A DNA stretch of 63,993 nt from an uncultured virus (IMG/VR IMGVR_UViG_3300046499_000512) (lineage: Duplodnaviria > Heunggongvirae > Uroviricota > Caudoviricetes): the IMG/VR virus record IMGVR_UViG_3300046499_000512. One strand, given 5' to 3'. This document shows positions 25,699 to 34,452 of this stretch, piece after piece (position 1 is the stretch's first letter; the number at the start of each line of letters is the position of its first letter). The notes beneath the pieces are model-generated. The model was not told where the DNA came from. It made no database searches and saw nothing but the letters and a program-made list of their open reading frames with translations. The position numbers and the translations under genes are program-made.

Positions 25699-26417
25699 GG
25701 CGCCACCCTCCGGTTCGCCTCGAAGGCCTTCCAGGTCTGGGGGAACAGGCCCTTGAAGGCGTCTTCCATCTGCTCGGCGGCCATCTCGATCTCCCGCTGC
25801 GGGTGGGAGACGAACAGGGCGTCCTCCCGGTGCGTGCGCAGGCCCAGGAAGTGCATGAGGGAGCGCGGGTTGCAGGTGACGTAAGCGGAGCTGTAGATGT
25901 TCACCGGCAGGCACATCCGGGCGACCTCGCGGGCGACGCCGTTGGCGAGCATGTCCTCGTAGGCCGCGTAGGCGGTCAGGGAGGCGGTCATCAGGTTGTC
26001 CAGGACGACGTCGTGCTGCTCGGGAGTGCCTTCGGTGAAGGTGTAGTGGCCGGGCTTGCCGGTCTGGGCGAGCTTGCGGCCGGGGGCGGGGGTGTAGAAC
26101 TCGGGGGCGAGCTTCTTGTACCTTCCCGACTCCTCGTTGTAGCTGAATCCCACGCGGTGGCGCATGAACTCGCGGAAGACGAAGATCGGCGCCTTCACGA
26201 GGAAGGTCATGGAGCCGTGCTCGAACGGGCTTCCGTGCCGGTCCCGCATCAGGTAGTTGATCAGTCCGGCGTTCTTGGTGGGGCAGGCCTCATCGAGCGC
26301 GGCCAGCTCCCCGAGGGTGGAGACGCGGGCGGCGTTGCAGATCCCGGCGTCGTCCCCGACGAACTGGGTGAGTTCCACGGTGACCTTGGAACTGAAGGTG
26401 ATGTCGGTCGCGGGCAT
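25695..26417 (-). CDS. thyX: FAD-dependent thymidylate synthase
   Basis: AARVS, HGSPFEH, RHRVGFSYNEESGRY. Confidence 0.95.
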   Translation of the reverse strand: MPATDITFSSKVTVELTQFVGDDAGICNAARVSTLGELAALDEACPTKNAGLINYLMRDRHGSPFEHGSMTFLVKAPIFVFREFMRHRVGFSYNEESGRYKKLAPEFYTPAPGRKLAQTGKPGHYTFTEGTPEQHDVVLDNLMTASLTAYAAYEDMLANGVAREVARMCLPVNIYSSAYVTCNPRSLMHFLGLRTHREDALFVSHPQREIEMAAEQMEDAFKGLFPQTWKAFEANRRVAP

Positions 26418-26935
26418 CAGAAAAGCCTCTCGGGGGCGGGCTTGGGCGGGACGACGATCTGGATCGGGATACCGACCTCCCGGGCCAGGCGGACGGCGTT
26501 GCGGGTGCCGCGAGAGGCCCGGTACGGGGCGGCGATCAGACGGCGGGGGCTGGGGCCGTCCTTGGTGACCATGGCCCGGTTGCGGCGGGGTCCGGCGTGC
26601 GGGCAGTAGTCGTCCAGCTTGCCGGGGTGCTCGATGTCGCCGTAGCGCTTGCGGATGCGGTGTCCGGCCGGGCAGGTGGCGACGCAGTTGTCCCAGTCGG
26701 CGGGCATCGGGTCTTCGAGGACTCCGAGGGCTTCTCCGCAGTCCCGGACCCACTCGTGGACGGCCTGGTCGACGGACTGGAAGCCGGGGCAGGCGCCGTG
26801 ACGGACGATGACCCAGCCGGGGGCTTCGGTCAGGACGTACTTGGCGAGGGCGCTGGTGGCGACGACGGGGTCCGGGTGCCAGCGGGCTCCGGAGATGATC
26901 ACGACGGTGGTCTCTCCGAGGGTTGCGGTGCTCAT
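26417..26935 (-). CDS. SLOG-family (DUF2493/YspA-like) protein
   Basis: IISGAR, HGACPG, ADW, AGPRRNRAMV, SRGT motifs. Confidence 0.8.
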   Translation of the reverse strand: MSTATLGETTVVIISGARWHPDPVVATSALAKYVLTEAPGWVIVRHGACPGFQSVDQAVHEWVRDCGEALGVLEDPMPADWDNCVATCPAGHRIRKRYGDIEHPGKLDDYCPHAGPRRNRAMVTKDGPSPRRLIAAPYRASRGTRNAVRLAREVGIPIQIVVPPKPAPERLF

Positions 26936-27081
26936 GCCATCCTCCAGCGGGTGATCTTGCGGCAGAAGCCGCAGGCCATACGGGGGCTGACGCGGCGCCA
27001 GGCGACGCGGGTGGTGGTCTGGGCGTGGCCGCAGTTGAGGCAGGCCAGCCGGATCAGGCCGAGGGTGGTGTCACGCGGCAT
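26932..27081 (-). CDS. Small Zn-ribbon protein, 49 aa
   Basis: CLNC...CGFC; RBS GGAGG. Confidence 0.6.
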   Translation of the reverse strand: MPRDTTLGLIRLACLNCGHAQTTTRVAWRRVSPRMACGFCRKITRWRMA

Positions 27082-27280
27082 TGGCGGCCTCCGTGGTGTC
27101 ATTGAGGTGCTTCCAGGTGACGCCGTTGATCGCGCGGCGCATCGCTCCGGCGGAGACGCCGTAGCGGGTGGCGAGTTCGGCGGCGGAGATGCCGCCCGCG
27201 CGGTACTCCTTGCGGGCCTCACGGACGTCGTCCTCGCTGAGGATCGCGAGGTGGTGGGCGGAACCCTGGTGTGCGGGCAT
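27071..27280 (-). CDS. HTH protein (same HTH type as 5404-5802)
   Basis: LSEDDVREAR...ELATRYGVS...GVTWKH; RBS AAAGGA. Confidence 0.75.
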   Translation of the reverse strand: MPAHQGSAHHLAILSEDDVREARKEYRAGGISAAELATRYGVSAGAMRRAINGVTWKHLNDTTEAANAA

Positions 27281-27294
27281 GGGCGTTCCTTTCG

Positions 27295-28290
27295 TCAGGC
27301 CGTGAGGCCGTTGAACTCGGTGGGGATCTGCTTGAACCCGGCGTCCTCCATGAGCTGGGGGACGGAGTGGCCCTTGCGGGCGTCGATGTGGACGTTCTGG
27401 AAGGAACATTTCCAGCCGCACTGACTCGGGTTGGGGCCGCTGTAGATCGGGAGAAGGCCGCCGTAGAGGGCCTGGGTGGTGGCCAGGGCGTCGCGGCGGA
27501 TGGCTTCCAGCTCGATGGGCGTGCGGGGGACCATGATGCGCTGGTGGCGGGCCTGGAGCGTCTGGGCCTTGCCCTTGGTGGCGCCGGGCTTGTCGCCGAC
27601 GTTCATCGTCTTCTTGGCCTCGGAGCGGACGCATCCGTTGATGGTCAGGGCCTGCGGGTGGCCGCTGTTGCGGAATGCCCACTCGTACAGGCCGGTCTGG
27701 TCGTCCAGTTCGAGGGCGAAGCGGGTGGACAGGGTCGCGGCGGACTTGGATTCGATGGCGAAGGTGCCGCCGAGTTCCAGGTCTTCGACCACGAGGTCGA
27801 TCCGGAAGTCGAGGACGACGTCGCGGGGTCCGGCCTGGGTGGTGATGGTGCCCAGCGGTACGAGGCCCTTGAACTCGACGTCCAGGATGCGCCACTGGGG
27901 GTCGCAGCCGTAGAGGTCCGTGTATCCGGCGTACATCCAGCGGAGGGTGTCGTAGTCGTCCCCGGAGAGCTGGCTGAACTTCTCGCCCCGCAGTGCGGCT
28001 GTGAGGGCACTGTGGACGGCATCACGGGCGACGGACAGGAGGCTCTTTTCGTCTTCGCTGCCGCGTTCCGGGGAGAGTCCGGTGTCCGTGAAGTCCTGGT
28101 AGTCCTTGATCGTCTGGTAGTGGTTCTCCAGGACGCATTCGTGCCAGGCGGAACCGAGTTGGAGCTTTTTGTCCGCGTTGATGATCCGGTATCCGTCGAA
28201 GTAGTGCCACCTGTGCTTGAGCGGGCAGTCCCGGCCGGTGGTCAGGCCGGAATAGCTGACCTTGATCGGCGGGAGCGTGATCGCGGGCAT
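27295..28290 (-). CDS. Cas4-like PD-(D/E)XK exonuclease
   Basis: SYS...CP, GSAWH, RIDLV, ESKS, Q..LY, C..KC. Confidence 0.85.
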   Translation of the reverse strand: MPAITLPPIKVSYSGLTTGRDCPLKHRWHYFDGYRIINADKKLQLGSAWHECVLENHYQTIKDYQDFTDTGLSPERGSEDEKSLLSVARDAVHSALTAALRGEKFSQLSGDDYDTLRWMYAGYTDLYGCDPQWRILDVEFKGLVPLGTITTQAGPRDVVLDFRIDLVVEDLELGGTFAIESKSAATLSTRFALELDDQTGLYEWAFRNSGHPQALTINGCVRSEAKKTMNVGDKPGATKGKAQTLQARHQRIMVPRTPIELEAIRRDALATTQALYGGLLPIYSGPNPSQCGWKCSFQNVHIDARKGHSVPQLMEDAGFKQIPTEFNGLTA

Positions 28291-28512
28291 AGAGGATGCC
28301 TCCGATGGGCGGTGGGATGGGAGTTCTACCCTAGCAACTCCGGATGTGCGGCCTAGCACCCCTAGGCCCTCACGGGCCGCGTTTACCGGGGTTGGCACCG
28401 ATGATACGCGTAAATAGCCCTGCAACAAGCCCTGCGTACGGAGTCTGCATCAGAAAACGCAAAAGGGAGGCTCCGGAATTTCCGGGGCCTCCCTTGCGGA
28501 AGTGCGCTGTAC

Positions 28513-28788
28513 TCAGCCGACGCTGTCGGCGGCCTCGATCTCTCCACGCTCGATCGCCACCTGCACGGCATGTGTCGGGTTGTCGGCGCCGAGGGCTACC
28601 ACGGCCGCCCCTACGTAGGAACGGGCCGTTCCGATGGCCAGACCCATCGTCTCGGCGATCTCGCCGTACTTCTTGCCCCAGGCGTAGAGCTGGAGCGCTT
28701 CCTTCTGCCGGGGGTAGAGAGCACGCTGCCGGTTGCGCTTCTCGAACCAGGTACTTTCTTCCGTCGGGGGCGCCGTTGCTGACGTCAT
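28513..28788 (-). CDS. LuxR-type HTH regulator
   Basis: LYPRQKEALQLYAWGKKYGEIAETMGLAIGTA...LGADNPTHAV. Confidence 0.85.
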   Translation of the reverse strand: MTSATAPPTEESTWFEKRNRQRALYPRQKEALQLYAWGKKYGEIAETMGLAIGTARSYVGAAVVALGADNPTHAVQVAIERGEIEAADSVG

Positions 28789-28832
28789 CTAGGGGATCTC
28801 CTGCTCACAAGGGGGACGTGGTCTTATCTACC

Positions 28833-29450
28833 CTATGCCAAGGTGATCCCGTCGACAACCCCGGAGCGGATCAGACCGTGCCAGAAATGCAGCTCAGAAC
28901 TCCTCTGGTGGTCCCCCGTGCTGAACTTGGCCGCGCTCTTCCCCTTGGGAGAAACCGGGCGAATCCCGTTGTCCCTCAGCAGGGCCGAGGTCGGGCCGGT
29001 CAGCACGGTGTTCGGCTGCCAGTACACCTCGATGTGCTGGGCGAACAGCATGCAGTGCATGCGGACCCAACCGATGAGCTGGGACGTCGGCATCGTGGAG
29101 CCCACCAGGGTCATGGCACGTTTCTTCTCCAGACGGAACATTTCGCCGTAGATGCAGTCGATCCCGGCCGCGTTCTTCGCGAACCAGCGGATGAACTCGT
29201 CCGGGTTCATCTCGAAGGTGTCGTAGACCCTCCAGCCCGGGGCCTGGAGCTGCCACGTGGGCTGGGACTGGTCCGGGGTGGTGTCGACAAAGTTCCGGCA
29301 GGCGAGCGTGACGCCGACGTGCCCCTGTGTGTCATCGTCGTCTTTGCCGCCCGGGTCGAATCCCATGACGACGGTGTCATCCGGATTGACCCGGGGGTAA
29401 ACAACCGGCTCCGGCCGCCGTACGGCGGCGGGGGCCTTGGTGGTGTTCAT
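28833..29450 (-). CDS. RuvC-like Holliday junction resolvase
   Basis: GFDPG, E.F, IG, QP, H motifs of actinophage RuvC-like proteins. Confidence 0.7.
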   Translation of the reverse strand: MNTTKAPAAVRRPEPVVYPRVNPDDTVVMGFDPGGKDDDDTQGHVGVTLACRNFVDTTPDQSQPTWQLQAPGWRVYDTFEMNPDEFIRWFAKNAAGIDCIYGEMFRLEKKRAMTLVGSTMPTSQLIGWVRMHCMLFAQHIEVYWQPNTVLTGPTSALLRDNGIRPVSPKGKSAAKFSTGDHQRSSELHFWHGLIRSGVVDGITLA

Positions 29451-29557
29451 GCTCGGCACTGTTCAGTCCTCCAGCATTACGACGGTGACCTGACCGGTAG
29501 AAGCGGTCAAGGGAGTCTCCTTGGTTGGTGTCTCTCGGTAGGTATCTACCCTAACAC

Positions 29558-31189
29558 CTACAGGAGATCCTTCACAACTCCCCAGCTCAGATGCCGCATC
29601 TGCCGGTCCTGCTTCGTCGCCAGCAGTTCCCGCTTGCCCTCATCCACCGTTTTCGGCGTCACGTAGTCGTACGCCGTGACCGGCCGGGTCTGCCCCAGCC
29701 GGTGAACCCGCCGCAGCGCCTGCTGGTTACGGGACGGCTTCCAGGAGTGCTCCACGAAAATGACCAGGTCAGCGGCCGTGAGCGTCAGTCCCTCCGAGAT
29801 CGTCTCCAGGGACCCGACCAGCACGTCCAGCTCACCACCCTGGAAGGCTTCCACGAACTTCTGACGGTCCGCCTTGGACGTCCGGCCGTCGATCTGCTCC
29901 GCCTTCTTGCCGACCTGCCGGGCCACCTCCGTGCACGCGCTCACCGTGTCCTGGTAGTGCGCGACGACCAGCGTGGGATACGTCCGCTCTGCGAGGTCGA
30001 ACCGGAGCTGCTCCAGCTTCCCGGACTCCTCGATGCTCCCGGTGAAGATCCCGAGCCCGGTGGCCATCCGGTCCAGCTTCACGTGCGCCGCGCCCTTGGA
30101 CCATGCGACCTCATAGGCGCCGTCCAGGTTGGTGGCCAGGCAGTCCTTCTTCATCTTCCGGTACTGGATGCCCTGCGTCTTGGTCATCGGCGTGAGGATG
30201 GTCTGCATCTCCAGCGGAGGCAGATCGGTCAGCACGTCGTCCCGCAGGCGCTGGATGTACAGCTCCCCCAGGCTCTCCTGGAAGAACCGTTCGTAGTGCT
30301 CGCACGGGTCCCAGGCGGGCCGGTTCAGGCACTCCGGGTAGCAGTGCAGCAGGTCCCCGACGACCTTGGCGTGCTCTCCGCCGTGCTTGGACTCTCCGAC
30401 GTGGAACCACTGGCCGATCCACCGCCAGTAGCTGCCGAACTTCTGGCCGTTGCCGCACAGGTGCGGGTACAGGAGCTGGAGCGGGGCGAACAGTTCGGGG
30501 GCGAAGTTGGAGATCGGGGTGCCGGAGGCCAGCCAGAGGCGGTCGGTCATCCGGGAGAGGATCCGCAGGGCGTCGACCCAGCTTGTCTTGCGGCCTTTCA
30601 GCAACTGGGCTTCGTCGCAGATGATCGTGTCCCAGTGCTGGAGGTATTCCGGGCGGGGCTCGGGGACGACCTTGGACCGGGACGGGCGCCGCTTGTGGTT
30701 GCCCTTGGCGTCCAGGAGGGGCCGGTAGCCGGGCAGGAGGCGCCCGTAGTTGGGGCTGTCCTCGAAGTAGTCCAGGACGGCGGGTTCTTCGTAGATGTCG
30801 GAGGCGGTGTCGGTCGGGCCGTGTCCGAAGTTGGGGCTGCCCTCGAAGGGGCCCAGGACGGGGGGTTCTTCGTAGCCGTCGCCCAGGGATTCGTAGAGGA
30901 AGTGGCCGAGGATGGTTTCGCGGCGGCAGAGCGAGGTGTAGGGGACGTAGGTGAACCGGTCGGGGTCATCGGCCCAGCGGTTGACCTCGTTGCGCCAGGT
31001 TCCGGAGTCCAGGATCATCGCCGGGGCGAGGATGAGCGTCCTGCCCACGGAGGCTTCCAAAAGTTGGCGGCTCTTGCCGAGGCCGGGATCGTCCGCGAGA
31101 TAGGCGCGGGGGTGCTCCTGGAGGAACCGGACCCCGGCAGCCTGGTAGGGCCGCAGCGGAGGCTTGACGGGGGCTATGGCCGTGGTCAC
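29558..31189 (-). CDS. SNF2-family helicase
   Basis: LRPYQ, DDPGLGKS, DEAQ, SGTP, EGLTLT, QALRRVHRLGQ. Confidence 0.9.
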   Translation of the reverse strand: MTTAIAPVKPPLRPYQAAGVRFLQEHPRAYLADDPGLGKSRQLLEASVGRTLILAPAMILDSGTWRNEVNRWADDPDRFTYVPYTSLCRRETILGHFLYESLGDGYEEPPVLGPFEGSPNFGHGPTDTASDIYEEPAVLDYFEDSPNYGRLLPGYRPLLDAKGNHKRRPSRSKVVPEPRPEYLQHWDTIICDEAQLLKGRKTSWVDALRILSRMTDRLWLASGTPISNFAPELFAPLQLLYPHLCGNGQKFGSYWRWIGQWFHVGESKHGGEHAKVVGDLLHCYPECLNRPAWDPCEHYERFFQESLGELYIQRLRDDVLTDLPPLEMQTILTPMTKTQGIQYRKMKKDCLATNLDGAYEVAWSKGAAHVKLDRMATGLGIFTGSIEESGKLEQLRFDLAERTYPTLVVAHYQDTVSACTEVARQVGKKAEQIDGRTSKADRQKFVEAFQGGELDVLVGSLETISEGLTLTAADLVIFVEHSWKPSRNQQALRRVHRLGQTRPVTAYDYVTPKTVDEGKRELLATKQDRQMRHLSWGVVKDLL

Positions 31190-31284
31190 CGGTTGTCTCC
31201 CTTGCCGGTGAGGGCGATGACCCAGGCGATGCCGACGATCAGGAGGCAGGCTCCGAGGATGTAGGTCCGGGGCGACAGGGACAT
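31186..31284 (-). CDS. Small membrane peptide, 32 aa
   Basis: RBS AAGGAG; single hydrophobic helix; GTGA overlap with helicase start. Confidence 0.65.
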   Translation of the reverse strand: MSLSPRTYILGACLLIVGIAWVIALTGKGDNR

Positions 31285-31627
31285 ACGGCTCTCCTTGCGG
31301 TGTGCTGGAAAATGAGGAACCCCGGCAGGGAGCCGGGGCTCGACCTGCCGGGGTTTGCCGGGGTCCTCGGGGTAGACCGCAGTCATCCCTCACCCGACAC
31401 CGCCTTAGCCCTGTGCGGGAGGACGTCGGCGGACGTTCGTGGGGCTTGATCCCCCTCCGAGGTGGCCGGACTTCTCAGACCGGCCGCCAAGGAGATGTGG
31501 ATCACGCTCCTAGGTCAGGGATGTTTCCATCGTGTCGGGCTGCATCTTCTCGGTTGCGTCCGTCATGAGGGCGATCACCTGACCTTTCGCTGTATCTACT
31601 GTAGCAGGAGGGCGGTCGGGAGTCCTA

Positions 31628-31816
31628 TCACCTTGCGTTAAGTGCGATGGTGTCATCGACGCGGAGCGTGAAGCCCTGATCAATGAGTTTGTCCGCATAC
31701 GCGTTGGTGTGATGCCCGCAGAACGTGAGGGAAAGGTGCCGAATGCCCCAGGTCGTGTAGCCCTGCGCGCGACAGCGGTCGCAACGGTCCTGGGCTGTGT
31801 GTTGCATACCGGCCAC
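31628..31816 (-). CDS. Small actinobacterial Zn-binding protein (DRCDRC...FCGHH)
   Basis: Conserved Cys/His motif. Confidence 0.75.
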   Translation of the reverse strand: MAGMQHTAQDRCDRCRAQGYTTWGIRHLSLTFCGHHTNAYADKLIDQGFTLRVDDTIALNAR

Positions 31817-31908
31817 GTGTACCGCCTCTGCTAGAAACGCTGCATAGGGTTGATCTTAGCGCTCGAAGGGGCGGCAGCCCAGAGGGAACTGCCGCCTCTT
31901 CGCACAGG

Positions 31909-32130
31909 TCAGGCGCCTGCGGGAACCTTCGCGGCGCGACGGGCCTTGAACGCGGCCTTGGCCACCGCGAACGCGGCGGGCAGGGCCGACAGCAGGGCCG
32001 CCTTGGTGGCGGCGACATCATGCAGGTTGGTGACGTCGGCCAGCTCCAGGCCGACGAACACCTGGACGTAGGTAGCGCTGGTGCGCTCCGCTAAGTCCTT
32101 CAGGAACTCACGGTTCAGGTACTTCTCCAC
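31909..32130 (-). CDS. Holin (r1t-like); one TTA
   Basis: FLKDLAERTSATYVQ plus hydrophobic helices and basic tail. Confidence 0.75.
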   Translation of the reverse strand: MEKYLNREFLKDLAERTSATYVQVFVGLELADVTNLHDVAATKAALLSALPAAFAVAKAAFKARRAAKVPAGA

Positions 32131-32166
32131 AGGGTGCCTCTCACTCTGCTTGCGACACGGGGCCGC

Positions 32167-32742
32167 TTACCAGCCCCGCTGAACAGGGATCCGCACGATG
32201 AACCCCGGGGGGACGTCTGCGGCTGAGGGGTGGCCGTGAAGGCGGGCGATGCGGTCGGCGTCCTTGTTGGAAGGCGCGATCCATCCGCAGGCCCGCATGA
32301 GGAGCCGTAGCGGGAGCCCGGGAAAGACGGTGGCCGCCTGGTACGGAATCTCGCCCTCGGGGCGCTTGATCGGCGGCGGGAATGCCTCGGGGGCGTACAC
32401 CTGGTAGGCATCGGTGGCGTACTGGGGCCACATCTTGAGCCCGTTCATGTACGTCAGGGCGACGGCGGCCAGGCACTGGTTGGTGAAGCTCTCCAGGAGG
32501 TATTCGCGGTCGCGCGGGGTGCCGTGGCCGGTGGCTTCGGGCCGTACGGGGATCTGGAAGCAGCCGACGCGTTCCCGGTCGTCCTGGACGGTGATCAGGT
32601 CGGGCTGGGCCTCTCCCTGGGTGCCGGAGGCGGCGAGGGCGACGGCGGCGAGGGTCTCGGCGGTGTCGGGGTGCTGCCAGGTGCCGCTGCGTGCTCCGGC
32701 AGCGATGAGGGCCTGCCGGAGCTGTGCACGGTTGACTCGCAT
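32167..32742 (-). CDS. Lysozyme-like (SLT-type) domain plus LysM-like domain; catalytic Glu apparently missing
   Basis: AVALAASG (usually AxAxAESG), GCFQI, W..Y...AY; C-terminal VFPG.PL...IARL.G...PG..VRIP. Confidence 0.6.
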   Translation of the reverse strand: MRVNRAQLRQALIAAGARSGTWQHPDTAETLAAVALAASGTQGEAQPDLITVQDDRERVGCFQIPVRPEATGHGTPRDREYLLESFTNQCLAAVALTYMNGLKMWPQYATDAYQVYAPEAFPPPIKRPEGEIPYQAATVFPGLPLRLLMRACGWIAPSNKDADRIARLHGHPSAADVPPGFIVRIPVQRGW

Positions 32743-33122
32743 CAGTCGCCCGGTGCTGCGGGGACGTTCACCGGCTCGTCGTCGGTGAGGGTCCACAGCA
32801 GGGCCTCCAGTTCCGGAGGGGTCCCGTGTGAGGGGTTCACCGCGTTGCGCCGCATGTCGGAGCGGAGGTCCAGAATGTGCCGGAGGGCCAGCCGAAGTAA
32901 CCGTTCCACCTTGATCGTCTTCGCTTCCTGGGCTTCTTGGCGCTCCTCGAACTCTTCCATCCGCTCTTGGTACGCCTTTTTGAAGATCTCGAATTCGCTG
33001 CTGTTGAGCTTCCGGTCTTCCGTCGTCTTCGTGTTACGGGATGCGAACCGGGATCCACCTAACACGCATAAGCTCCCGACAATTGCCGCCCCGGCGGTAA
33101 CGAGGCTATCCATACCACTCAC
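32742..33122 (-). CDS. Lysis-cassette membrane protein (TM plus coiled coil); 3 TTA
   Basis: N-terminal hydrophobic helix, coiled coil, PPEL end. Confidence 0.7.
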   Translation of the reverse strand: MSGMDSLVTAGAAIVGSLCVLGGSRFASRNTKTTEDRKLNSSEFEIFKKAYQERMEEFEERQEAQEAKTIKVERLLRLALRHILDLRSDMRRNAVNPSHGTPPELEALLWTLTDDEPVNVPAAPGD

Positions 33123-33195
33123 TTGATGTGCCTCTCGGGAACTGAAACCGGCCTTACCAGATCATAACAAAGTGGGCCATTTCGGAAGAATAGCT

Positions 33196-33474
33196 TTAGC
33201 CCTCCGGGGCCTGCTCTTCCACGACCGTCCAGGACCGCGTCCCGTTTTCCACGACGACGACGTTGGCTTCGGTCACCCACGAAAGTCCCCCGCACGCCTT
33301 TTGCAGCGCGTCGCACAGCTCATCCGTCTGGGCCGGGGTCAGCAGGTAGTTCGTGGAGAGCTGGCCGGTGACGGCGGACCCGTCGGTACCTGCCACGGCG
33401 TAGCTCAACCGCACTTCCGAGGAGGCCGGGTTGTAGCTTCCCGAGCCTCCGGCGTAGTTACGTACCAAACTCAT
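33196..33474 (-). CDS. Hypothetical protein (possible tail-fibre chaperone)
   Basis: RBS AAGGAG; follows tail fibre. Confidence 0.65.
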   Translation of the reverse strand: MSLVRNYAGGSGSYNPASSEVRLSYAVAGTDGSAVTGQLSTNYLLTPAQTDELCDALQKACGGLSWVTEANVVVVENGTRSWTVVEEQAPEG

Positions 33475-33489
33475 GCTGCTCCTTAGATG

Positions 33490-34452
33490 TCACAGGATTT
33501 CTGCGCTGCCGGTGAGCCGGATAACGGAACCCGACCCCCATGTGCCGCCGCCCGGAATAGCCGAGCTGCCTATTACGGCAATGGCCGTGTTGGTGGCGCT
33601 GGTCGGTGCATAGAGAGACATGTTTCCGGTGCCGTCGCCTGCGGGCTGCGCGACCAGCGGATATCGTCCGCCGGTCACGGAAACAATTCCGGTGATCTGC
33701 TGGCTGGATCCGGAGGTGGAGAAAACCCACGGAACGCCGATGGTGTAGGTACCGGATCCGAACGTCGTGGACGCGGTGAAAGCCATCCACAGAGAGAAGT
33801 TGACCGTCTTGCCGGAGATGGCGAACCGCACGTTCGCCGTCCCTGTGCCCAGGGACGGGTTCGTGGTGGGGGCCGTCCACGTGATCGCGGTGCTCTGCGT
33901 CCAGGCGGAATAGCCTATGGTCTGCCAGGCGGTGCCGTCGTGGATCTGATCGGCTTTCAGGTCCGTGCGGTAGCAGCGGTCCCCGTTCACCGGGGAGGGG
34001 AACCCTGCGTCCCTGGCTGCCTGTGACGCGAACCGGGCGATGATCAGAGGGTCCAGCTTGGCGGCGAGGGCCTGCTCCAGCGGGTCCGCCGTGTTGTACG
34101 GCAGGGCGGCCTTGGTCGTGAAGCTCGGGGCTGCGGCATCCGCCGTGCGCTGCACCGCGATGGCCCGCGTAGCCGCCAGGTCAACCGCCTTGGGGGGTAA
34201 CGCCCACCGGATGCCGCCGCCGAAATCCAGCCACAGGGTGCCGATGTAGTTGTCGGGCCCGAAGAACGCCACCTGCCCGTAGGCATCGGAGGTCACAGAG
34301 CTGATCGCGGCTCCGGCCAGGGTCTGGAGATCCGTGATCGGGGAACCGCCGGTGCGCGAGTTGTAGACGCCCGCCGCCGCGTTGGCGTAGGGGAGACCCG
34401 TGGGCCGGACGACCTCTCCGTCTCCGCCTGCTCCGTACAGGTATCGCGCCAT
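33490..34452 (-). CDS. Tail fibre / receptor-binding protein A
   Basis: N-terminal about 165 aa paralogous to 34452-35519; beta-rich C-terminal head; one TTA. Confidence 0.75.
   Translation of the reverse strand: MARYLYGAGGDGEVVRPTGLPYANAAAGVYNSRTGGSPITDLQTLAGAAISSVTSDAYGQVAFFGPDNYIGTLWLDFGGGIRWALPPKAVDLAATRAIAVQRTADAAAPSFTTKAALPYNTADPLEQALAAKLDPLIIARFASQAARDAGFPSPVNGDRCYRTDLKADQIHDGTAWQTIGYSAWTQSTAITWTAPTTNPSLGTGTANVRFAISGKTVNFSLWMAFTASTTFGSGTYTIGVPWVFSTSGSSQQITGIVSVTGGRYPLVAQPAGDGTGNMSLYAPTSATNTAIAVIGSSAIPGGGTWGSGSVIRLTGSAEIL

Noticed and set aside
27295..28290. Cas4 as part of a CRISPR system
   Set aside because: Stand-alone phage exonuclease in the Sak4/SSB recombination context
30660..30920. 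Intein in the SNF2 helicase
   Set aside because: No N-terminal C/S block or HN-C/S/T junction; explained by a short duplication
31455..31490. Resemblance to 16S rRNA (GCCGGCCTGAGAG...CCGGCCAC)
   Set aside because: Only a short hairpin; flanks are not rRNA; treated as a T-loop-like motif
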